A DNA stretch of 64,000 nt, taken from Chlamydiota bacterium. GTDB taxonomy: Bacteria; Chlamydiota; Chlamydiia; Chlamydiales; JACKPQ01. The notes under the pieces were generated by a model, which saw only the letters and a list, made by a program, of their open reading frames with translations, was not told where the DNA came from and did not search any database. The stretch is from NCBI GenBank assembly GCA_021772435.1, contig JAJFLZ010000018.1:199-64198 (forward strand), written 5' to 3'. Positions 54,426 to 63,300 of the stretch are shown here, one piece after another (positions within the stretch are counted from its first letter, which is position 1; each line of letters begins with the position of its first letter). A program made the position numbers and the translations under genes.

Positions 54426-55949
54426 TCAAGAAATCGCCTTAAACAAATCGTCTAATGTAGCATCACTTGCAATTATTTCTTCTGAATACATGGTTGGTTT
54501 CAGCCCGAATGCTGTGATCATAGAAAGCAGTATATTCTTTTTTGTTCTGGTCTGGCTGCGGAAAATCTCAACTTTTTTCATCAAAGATTTAGCATAGGAC
54601 TTATCAATGGCAAACTCAGTATTGTGACATTTAATCTCACAAATTGTGACGGTGTTATCGAATCTGTCAAATAGCAAATCTATTTGTATGCCTTCATCTG
54701 CCTTAGTTCTTGGAGCATACCGGTAAGTACCTACATCAGCTCCAGGATCTATTGATAAAGCCTGCCTTATTTGGTCAATATGCTTATAACAAACTGTCTC
54801 GAAAGCATAACCGCTCCAAATTTTCCAAGCGGGCTGGCTTGATTTTGATAGCCAAAAACCTTTTCCGATTGTTTTTTTCCTTATCGTTCTCATATTGGGT
54901 TCAATCCAAGTAAGGTAAAATAGGCTGTATTCATCGTCGATTAAGTAATATAGTCCTTTTTCTTTATGCCCGTAAGGAACTAGGCTCAAGATAAATCCAG
55001 CGTCTTCAAGTTGCCGAAGCTTTTTTATTGTTGAGCCACCACTTGGAAGTTTTGCTTCTTTGATTAAAGCAGATTGCCCTATGCCAGAGTGATGCTTTGC
55101 AATCACTCTTATTAGGTCTTTATAAGGTTCAGGGTCTTCAAATAAAGATGCAAATAGCCTATCAAATTCTGTACATAATGGGCTATCACCTTGAAAGCAC
55201 AGCTTTTCGATACACTGACTTGAAGATAGTCCTTTTGCCAAGTAAGTCCAATACAGAGGAACACCCCCTAAAACCGTATAGAGTTCTAATATCTGCCTAT
55301 TATTGAAGCTAAGTTGGGCTTTTTTGAGAAACTTCTTGGTCTCCAAAAGAGTAAATGGTTGCAATTTTATAGTTCTAGTGACTCTATTATGAAGCCCTCC
55401 CCTATTGTTGATAATATTATCTATGATCCAGGATGTTGCGGAACCGCATATTATCAACTTGATTCTGGGATCGAATGACCAATACCTATTCCAATATAAC
55501 TCTAATGACATTAACAATTTTGATCTCGGAGTAGCCATCCAAGGAAGTTCGTCGAAAAACAATATAATTTTGGCATTTTCTGGGAGCTTCTCAAGCGCTT
55601 GATGTAAATCGTTAAAAGCATCTTTCCAGTTCTTTCTTGCAATGACCGGAGCTCCTTTATAAAAAGCGTGCCCGAGTTGCAAGGCAAACTCTTTCAGTTG
55701 ATCATTTGTGGTGCCCTTTTGAATACCCGTGACATGAAAGAATACGTTTGACATCCTACTTACAAAAGTTTTTACAAGGTATGTTTTCCCAACTCTTCGT
55801 CTGCCATAAATTGCTATAAACTCAGCCTTATCTGAATCGACTAGATCCCTTAAGGTTTCTTTTTCATTCTCTCGACCTATTAAGCTATTTCTAGGCATTC
55901 TAGTTTTCTTGTAGGATTTTACCATTTTTAGACCTTTATATTTAAACAC
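54426..55949 (-). CDS. Orphan ATPase (archaeal-ATPase/PF01637-like with DUF234-like C-terminus)
   Basis: 507-aa AT-rich ORF. GRENEKETLRDLVDSDKAEFIAIYGRRRVGKTYLV is the Walker A region and ILFFDELPW is Walker B. A likelier start is ATG 55925 (MVKSYKK), preceded by aaagg. Confidence 0.8.
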   Translation of the reverse strand: MFKYKGLKMVKSYKKTRMPRNSLIGRENEKETLRDLVDSDKAEFIAIYGRRRVGKTYLVKTFVSRMSNVFFHVTGIQKGTTNDQLKEFALQLGHAFYKGAPVIARKNWKDAFNDLHQALEKLPENAKIILFFDELPWMATPRSKLLMSLELYWNRYWSFDPRIKLIICGSATSWIIDNIINNRGGLHNRVTRTIKLQPFTLLETKKFLKKAQLSFNNRQILELYTVLGGVPLYWTYLAKGLSSSQCIEKLCFQGDSPLCTEFDRLFASLFEDPEPYKDLIRVIAKHHSGIGQSALIKEAKLPSGGSTIKKLRQLEDAGFILSLVPYGHKEKGLYYLIDDEYSLFYLTWIEPNMRTIRKKTIGKGFWLSKSSQPAWKIWSGYAFETVCYKHIDQIRQALSIDPGADVGTYRYAPRTKADEGIQIDLLFDRFDNTVTICEIKCHNTEFAIDKSYAKSLMKKVEIFRSQTRTKKNILLSMITAFGLKPTMYSEEIIASDATLDDLFKAIS

Positions 55950-55961
55950 TTATGACGTTTT

Positions 55962-56063
55962 GTGCTAACGCGCTGGTTTTGCAGTTTCGAAAGTCGGCGC
56001 GTTAAACAAATACTCTGTGTTAACACGCTGGTTTAAAGAGTAACAAAGCCAGCGCGTTAACAC
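55962..56063. promoter_or_regulatory. Four alternating-orientation copies of a TTAACGCGCTGG-like site upstream of the ATPase gene
   Basis: gtgctaacgcgctggtttt (55962-55980, forward); gtcggcgcgttaaaca (55993-56008, reverse); gtgttaacacgctggttta (56017-56035, forward); aaagccagcgcgttaacac (56045-56063, reverse). The third and fourth form a 15-bp inverted repeat with 1 mismatch. Confidence 0.6.
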
Positions 56064-56189
56064 AAGGATTTTAAATGACGATTTAAAACTTTTTGTATTT
56101 TAGGGGTATTTGCACAATACGTGTAAAATCATGCCACTTTGGCAATAATATAACGCAAGTTGCGGATCAACTCTGAAGCAACCAGGTTA

Positions 56190-57980
56190 TTAACTTTTTG
56201 GACAGACAAGGCCGATGATTTCTTCTTCAGACGGAATGCGTCCCCTGAAAACCAAACCACGGTGCGGATCCAGCGTAACCTCTGGCTCATCGGTAAGAAG
56301 ACTCATTGCACCATCCGCCCGCGTGATGAACGGAATGTGCCGCTCTTTGGCAAATTCGCGCACCCGTTTTTCCGACTCAGTGTCATCGTGGTTGTTTTGT
56401 AAAATAATACCCGCTGCGTCTTTTAAACGGCTTAAGGTTTCATCGTCCCAACGTGTTGTCACAACGATGTGATCCTTTGGATCAATTGAATTCGATAACA
56501 ACAACACAGCCTTTGCAAATACTTGATGGCCCTCACCTGGCTTGCCGCGCACGATCACATCGCCAATATGGCGCACGATCATGGTGTTGGTTGTTCCTGA
56601 AATACCAAACGAAGATCCAGCTGTGACAACGACTAGATCGCCATATTTGGCAATTTTATGGGAAATTGCAAAACAGCTAGCGTTCACAAACGCTTCTTTA
56701 ACATCTTTTGCTTCTTTAGTAAGCGCTGGCACAACACCCCAGCTGATCGCGAGCTGTTGATAAGTTTTGCTGCTCGATGTGAGGGCTACGATCGGAATTT
56801 GTGGGCGAAACCTAGCCATCACCCGAGCTGTAAAGCCTGTGCTTGTAAAAGTAAATAGCGCTTTAGCTTGAGCGCTATACGATGTCTTGACACCTGCTAG
56901 CGCCACTGAAGACGAAATATCGTTATATTGGTGCTCTAAATCGCGATTGAAAAAGGCGCGATAATCAAAATCTGCCTCGGCCTCTTCAATCACACCGCGC
57001 ATCAGCTTGCAGCATTCGATTGGGTATTTGCCAACAGCTGTCTCACCAGATAGCATGACAGCTGATGTGCTGTCGTAGATGGCGTTAGCCACATCGGAAA
57101 CCTCAGCCCTTGTAGGACGGGGATTATGGATCATCGACTCGAGCATTTGGGTAGCTGTGACACAAATTTTTGCTGAGGAGTAACATTTTTTGATCATCAT
57201 CTTCTGGAGCTTTGGCACAGTAGAAAGCGGCACCTCAACACCCAAATCCCCTCTTGCAACCATGATGCCATCTGCAACTTGCAAAATGGTGTCAAAATTA
57301 TTTACACCTAAGGCGTTTTCAATTTTAGCGATCACAAGCGTATTGGCGCAGTTACTTTCCAGTAAAAGACGCTTTATCTCCAAGATATCATCGGCTGATC
57401 GAATAAAAGAAGCAGCAATGATATCGACTTCATTTTTGCACCCAAAGCGAATATCCTCGATGTCTTTTTCTGTGAGAGACGGCAAGCTCAAATCCGCACC
57501 CGGAATATTGATTCCCTTCTGGCTAGAAATGCGTCCGTCATTTTTAATCTCAATGAGTACGCCATCTGCTGTTTTCTCTACAACTGTCGACTCGATGTAG
57601 CCATCATCGATCAGCACTTCCTGTCCCGGGAGCAGCTCATCGACAATATGCATCGGAGTCACTGAAAACTTTTTGCTATCTCCTACACAGGGCTTTTTGC
57701 AAATCAGGACTAGATCACCTGTTTGAACGGTGACGCCCCCTTCCGGCATTTGACCTACGCGAACTTCTGGCCCCTTATTATCGAGCATAATAGCCAAAGG
57801 AACATTCTTGATCTCACGTGCTTTTTTTAAATTATCAATACTTTTTTGATGATCTGCGTGGGTGCCATGGCTAAAATTGATCCTAGCAACATTCATGCCA
57901 GCATCAATCAGTGCTAACATTTTTTCTAAGGTTGCAACCGCCGGACCAATCGTGCAAATAATTTTTGTACGTACTCTCAT
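56190..57980 (-). CDS. pyk: Pyruvate kinase with C-terminal PEP-utiliser (mobile) domain
   Basis: MRVRTKIICTIGPA is the canonical PK N-terminus, starting at ATG 57980. It also has NFSHG and MVARGDLGVE, and about 110 extra C-terminal residues resembling the swivelling phosphohistidine domain of Bacillus-type PK. The track ORF extends 80 spurious codons further. Confidence 0.92.
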   Translation of the reverse strand: MRVRTKIICTIGPAVATLEKMLALIDAGMNVARINFSHGTHADHQKSIDNLKKAREIKNVPLAIMLDNKGPEVRVGQMPEGGVTVQTGDLVLICKKPCVGDSKKFSVTPMHIVDELLPGQEVLIDDGYIESTVVEKTADGVLIEIKNDGRISSQKGINIPGADLSLPSLTEKDIEDIRFGCKNEVDIIAASFIRSADDILEIKRLLLESNCANTLVIAKIENALGVNNFDTILQVADGIMVARGDLGVEVPLSTVPKLQKMMIKKCYSSAKICVTATQMLESMIHNPRPTRAEVSDVANAIYDSTSAVMLSGETAVGKYPIECCKLMRGVIEEAEADFDYRAFFNRDLEHQYNDISSSVALAGVKTSYSAQAKALFTFTSTGFTARVMARFRPQIPIVALTSSSKTYQQLAISWGVVPALTKEAKDVKEAFVNASCFAISHKIAKYGDLVVVTAGSSFGISGTTNTMIVRHIGDVIVRGKPGEGHQVFAKAVLLLSNSIDPKDHIVVTTRWDDETLSRLKDAAGIILQNNHDDTESEKRVREFAKERHIPFITRADGAMSLLTDEPEVTLDPHRGLVFRGRIPSEEEIIGLVCPKS

Positions 57981-58046
57981 ATCTTTTACAATACTGAGTA
58001 AAAGAGTTATTTGCCAGCTAACCTGCGATCTGTTAAAATCGGCGTT

Positions 58047-59057
58047 ATGGAAAAGAATACTCCCCTCACTATTTGTAATACTCAAATTCATCCTGGCGAG
58101 CGCATTACAATCGCTGTACCAACACCTGAAATCTACACATGCGCGCCCATGCATATGCCGATACATATCATCCACGGCAAGTATGCCGGACCCAAATTGC
58201 TCATTTGCGCAGCGATTCACGGTGATGAAATTAACGGCATCTCAATTATTGAACGCTTGTTAAATCTGCGCCTTTTAAAAAAATTAAGAGGCACATTGAT
58301 CGCTGTTCCCGTCATCAATATTTTTGGCTTGATCAACCAATCCCGTTTATTGCCCGATATGTACGATTTAACAACGAGTTTTGGCAAAAATGAGCATGGC
58401 TCTTTTGTCGGAAGACTAGCCCACCTGCTAGAGACAGAAATTTTAAACCAAGCCACTCATTGTGTTGACTTACATACAGGCGAGCCGCATAGGCACAGTC
58501 TACCACAGATTCAAACAAACCTTGACCATCCAGAATGTCAAACCATGGCCGAATGTTTTGGTGCTCCGCTAGCTATCCACACCGAATCGAAAAGAGGTTT
58601 ACTCTGGCAGCTTTATCAAGACTCCCCCATACCTACTGTCATTTACGAAGGAGGAGAGGCCTTAAGGCTTGATGAGCTCACGATCCGTACAGGTGTCAAG
58701 GGAATCACACGTATGATGCGCCATCTTGGCATGCTAAAAGAGACTGTAGCATCAGAGGTCAAACCGTTAACAGTAAGAGGAACATCTTCTTGCTGGGCAC
58801 CCACCAGTGGCCTTTGCAAACTTAAACAGCGCGTCGGAGCTTATGTTAAAAAAGGGACCGTTATAGCAGATATCTCCGATCCGTTTGGCTCAGTTCAAAC
58901 AACGCAAATCACATCTCCAACTGACGGCTTAATCATCTCCCATAACAACCTACCCCTTGTCAACGAAGGTGAAGCCGTATTTGAAATCGCTGAATACCAC
59001 ACAAGTGAAAAAATGATCGAACACATGGAAAGTTGGCAACACCAAGAGCACTCATGA
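58047..59057 (+). CDS. Succinylglutamate desuccinylase/aspartoacylase (AstE-AspA, M14-like) family protein
   Basis: It has the zinc motif AAIHGDEINGI and the later DLHTGE. The start at ATG 58047 (MEKNTPLTI) is preferred over the TTG at 58011. Confidence 0.75.
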   Translation: MEKNTPLTICNTQIHPGERITIAVPTPEIYTCAPMHMPIHIIHGKYAGPKLLICAAIHGDEINGISIIERLLNLRLLKKLRGTLIAVPVINIFGLINQSRLLPDMYDLTTSFGKNEHGSFVGRLAHLLETEILNQATHCVDLHTGEPHRHSLPQIQTNLDHPECQTMAECFGAPLAIHTESKRGLLWQLYQDSPIPTVIYEGGEALRLDELTIRTGVKGITRMMRHLGMLKETVASEVKPLTVRGTSSCWAPTSGLCKLKQRVGAYVKKGTVIADISDPFGSVQTTQITSPTDGLIISHNNLPLVNEGEAVFEIAEYHTSEKMIEHMESWQHQEHS

Positions 59058-60301
59058 AGAAACTAGGCCTTTTCATGTGGTTTCTAGCGGTTCTCTTCTT
59101 CTTCTACGAGTATTTTTTGCGCGCCTTTGTTGGAACCCTAGCAACCCAAATCATTCCCGATCTTAGCATTTCACCAGAGCAGCTTGCATGGATTGGTTCA
59201 GGCTACTACATCGCCTACGCCATTATGCAATTGCCAGTTGGCATTTTAGTCGATCGATTCGGCAGTCGTCTACTGCTTACTCTCGCATGCTTTATTTGTG
59301 CAGTTGCTGCATTTTGGTTTGGTTTTGTGCAAGGCTTCCTCGGCGCTTTTGCCTCCAGATTTTTAATGGGACTTGGCTCAGCCTTTGGTTTTATCGGTCT
59401 TTTGGCCATTGCGCTCAACTGGTTTCCAAAAAAACACTTCGCCTTTATGACGGGATTATCCCAATTTTTAGGTGTCATCGGCCCGATGTGTGCAGGAGCA
59501 CCTCTTGTCTTACTCATGCAAATTTATGACAATAACTGGCGACTGTTGCTGATGGGAACGGGAGTCATTGGGCTTGTCATTGCTGTATTGCTTGGTATTT
59601 TTTTACGCAACAAGCCCAAACGCACAAGACGCTCTGTTATTTACGTTGAAAACCCGCAACCTCTAAAACAAAAGCTACGCCTACTCATCAAAACGCCACA
59701 AGCTTGGGCTACCATGTTGTTTGCCTCCACAAACTACGCTTCCGTGCCTTTGCTTGGCGCTTTTTGGGGAACCTCCTACATGCAAGAGCGCGGCTACACT
59801 CAATCTGAAGCGGCTCTTATCGCCTCCATGGTCTGGCTTGGTTTAGCAATTGGGTGCCCCATGGCTGGGCGCATCTCAGACAGAATCAAGCGGCGAAAAA
59901 CCTGCTTATGTGTCCTATCCGCAATAGGTTTATTTGCAAGTATTGCCGTCATCTACCTTCCAATCGACTCTAAGACTCTTTTGTGCGCTTTATTTTTTCT
60001 AATCGGCTTAGCTGGCGCAGGACAAAGTGTATCCTTTGCCACCATCTCAGAGCAAGTTTCCTCCAAACTAAAAGTCACAGTGTTGGGATTTAACAATCTG
60101 GGAATTATTACCTTTGCTGCCGTTATCCCGCCAATTGTCAGTACCTTCATCCATTCTGGCGGTCAAAAATCAATCCAAAGCTTCCAAACTGGCTTAAGCA
60201 TCATCCCTATTCTCTTTTTGATCTCCTTTATCATTGGCAACTTTATTGTGCGTGAAACCTTCTGCCGCCATCAAAAAGAACCCTTTCACGTCTCACTATG
60301 A
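59054..60301 (+). CDS. Major facilitator superfamily transporter
   Basis: About 415 aa with 12 predicted hydrophobic segments and the MFS loop motif GILVDRFGSR. ATGA overlaps occur at both ends. Confidence 0.85.
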   Translation: MKKLGLFMWFLAVLFFFYEYFLRAFVGTLATQIIPDLSISPEQLAWIGSGYYIAYAIMQLPVGILVDRFGSRLLLTLACFICAVAAFWFGFVQGFLGAFASRFLMGLGSAFGFIGLLAIALNWFPKKHFAFMTGLSQFLGVIGPMCAGAPLVLLMQIYDNNWRLLLMGTGVIGLVIAVLLGIFLRNKPKRTRRSVIYVENPQPLKQKLRLLIKTPQAWATMLFASTNYASVPLLGAFWGTSYMQERGYTQSEAALIASMVWLGLAIGCPMAGRISDRIKRRKTCLCVLSAIGLFASIAVIYLPIDSKTLLCALFFLIGLAGAGQSVSFATISEQVSSKLKVTVLGFNNLGIITFAAVIPPIVSTFIHSGGQKSIQSFQTGLSIIPILFLISFIIGNFIVRETFCRHQKEPFHVSL

Positions 60302-63300
60302 AACAAGATAAAATTGTACTCAAAAATGTACGAGTCCACAACCTCAAGGGTGTGGATTTAGTACTGGAGCCGCATCAGCTGATTGTCTTTACTGGCGTGT
60401 CGGGATCTGGCAAATCATCGCTAGCTTTCGATACGATCTATGTAGAAGGACAGAGGCGTTATGTCGAATCGCTATCCACGCAGGCGAGAAGATCGCTTGG
60501 CGATCAGCTGGGAAAACCTGACGCGGAGGTCATCACAGGCATATCCCCAACAATTGCCATCGAGCAGAAAACCGTTGGCCACAATCCCAGATCGACTGTC
60601 GGCACAATGACTGGTATCCACGATTTTATGCGCGTGCTCTTTGCAAGAGCTGGCGTGGCTCATTGCCCAGAGAGTGGCGAACGTGTCACGCCGCAGAGCA
60701 CTCAGCAAATTCTCTCTGTCATTGAAGGATTCAAAAAGGGCAGCAAAATCATTTTCTTAGCTCCTCATACGCGGGGGAAAAAAGGGGAATTCAAGGAGAC
60801 CTTCGATGAGCTATTGCGCAAAGGATTTATGCGCATTCGCCTTGATGGCAAGATTGTGGATCTAAACGAAGAGATCGCTGTGGATTCAAAGACAGCTCAT
60901 GATATCGACCTCGTGATTGACCGCATCGTTTTTGACGATATGGACAGAGTCCGCGATGCCACCTCGCAGGCCTTGGAACTCGGCCAGGGTGTGATGAGTG
61001 TGGTAGTTAACGGCGAAGAGACACTCTTTTCTCAGCACGCCTATTCAAAAAAGTCGGGCATATCTTATCCGGCGCTTGAGCCGCACGATTTTTCTTTCAA
61101 TCACCCTAGCGGCATGTGCCTAACGTGTCAGGGACTGGGACGCACGCTTGACTTTGATTTGGACAAAGTCATCGATGAAGATAAAACCATCGCTGAAGAT
61201 TGCTGCAGCCTCGCTGGCTCTTACCAAACAGTGCGCTGGGGCAACATCTACGACAATTTAGCCAAACTCTACAACTTTGATGTGCATACAAAGTGGAAAA
61301 AGCTCTCAAATAGTGCTCAGAAAGTCTTTTTGCACGGCGTTAGAAAAAAATGGCTACGGATGCAATTTGTGCATCCTGACACCGGCAAAACCTGGACTGA
61401 CTACATCTCGTGGAAAGGCGTATTTCACGAAGCTAAAAAACGGTACCAAGAAGCAAAATCAGACAAATATCGCGCTAAAATGCAAGAGCTGATGACCGAC
61501 AGCCTGTGCCCAGATTGTGCTGGCGTGCGAATCCGCCCCTACCCGGCTGCGACCAAACTTGGAAACAAACGGATTTTTGAGCTATCGGCGATGCCAATTT
61601 GCGATGTTTTGTCCTACATCGAAAAACTGCCACAAACAGCGATTAGCAAAGATCTAATCCAGGAAATCGAGCGCCGCCTGCGCTATCTCGTCAACGTAGG
61701 CCTTGGCTATCTCAGCTTAGAGCGCACAGCACCGACGCTATCTGGCGGCGAAGGACAACGCGTGCGCCTCGCCTCGCAAATTGGCTCAGGCCTTGTAGGA
61801 GCAACGTACGTGCTTGATGAGCCCTCCATTGGCCTGCATCCCTCAGATCACCAAAAGCTGCTCAAAACCTTATGTGATCTGCGCGATAGAGGCAACACCG
61901 TCATCGTCGTCGAGCACGACGAAGATACCATTCGCGCAGCAGATACCATCGTCGATGTCGGTCCTGGCGCTGGCTCGATGGGCGGTGAAATTATTGCGAC
62001 CGGCACATTGAGCGCCATCATCAAAGCCAAACGCTCTTTAACTGGCCAGTACCTCTCCAGATCCAAATCCATTCCCATTCCCAAAAAACGCAAAATCAAA
62101 AAAACAAACATCACGATTAAAGGCGCTAGCCACAACAATTTGCAAAATATCGATCTCAGCATACCCCTCGAGTGTTTTATCGCTGTCACAGGCGTCTCAG
62201 GTGCTGGAAAATCATCTCTAATCACCGATACGCTATACCCAGCGCTCTCAAACAAGCTGATGCGCTCAGAGCTCAAAGTGGGCAAACACACATCCATCAC
62301 CGGAATCGAAAGCGTCGACAAAATCATCGCTATCGACCAAACACCGATCGGTCGCACACCCAGATCCAACGCCGGCACCTACATCAAATTATTTGACGAC
62401 ATCCGCGATTTATTTGCCAAATTGCCCGAAAGTAAAGCTCAAGGATTTACAGCCGGCAGATTTAGCTTCAACGTCAAAGAAGGCTCATGCCCCTACTGCA
62501 AGGGCATCGGTATGATCAAAATCGACATGGATTTCATGGAAGACATCTGGAAAAAATGCGAAACCTGCGATGGGCAGCGCTTTGATCACGAAACGCTATC
62601 TGTCACCTATAAGAGCAAAAACATCTTTCAGGTGCTTGAGATGACAGTTGAAGATGCCCAAAGTTTTTTTGAATCTATTCCCAATATCCACCACAAGCTC
62701 ACGATGCTGCGCCGGGTCGGTCTCGATTACCTAACTCTTGGCCAGCCCTCAACAACACTATCTGGCGGCGAAGCTCAGCGCATCAAGCTAGCAAAAGAGC
62801 TGGTGCGGCCGGCTACTGGCAAAACATTTTACATCCTAGATGAACCCACAACAGGCCTGCACTTTGAAGACTGCCGCAGGCTAATTGAGGTGCTTCATAC
62901 ACTAGTCGATCAAGGCAACACCGTACTCGTCATCGAGCACAACATGGAACTTGTTAAAACAGCTGACTGGGTACTCGACATCAGCGGTGGAAAACTCATC
63001 GAATCTGGCCCACCTGAAAAACTCAAAAACTCTCTCACGGCAACCGCTCTCAAAAGTGCCTTTAATCCCAAACCCATCAAAACCCAAAAAGTAAAAAGCA
63101 CAGCAAAACCCATCACAGAAATTTCTGTTGAGGGCGCGTCCATGCACAACCTCAAATACATCACCACCACATTTCCCAGAGGTCAAATCTCTGTTTGTAC
63201 AGGGCCATCCGGCTCTGGTAAAACATCACTTGTTTTCGATACGATCTACGCAGAAGGCCAGCGCCGCTACGTCGACAGCCTCTCCCCCTACGCGCGCACA

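Noticed and set aside
57981-58220. N-terminal 80 codons of track ORF 56190..58220
   Set aside because: The canonical pyruvate kinase N-terminus (MRVRTKIICTIGP) begins at ATG 57980. The upstream extension overlaps the divergent deacylase gene and has no PK homology.
61848-62378. 176-aa minus-strand ORF and several other 60-95-aa ORFs between 60472 and 63842
   Set aside because: All are antisense or out of frame within the continuous uvrA reading frame, and are typical shadow ORFs of GC-rich coding sequence.
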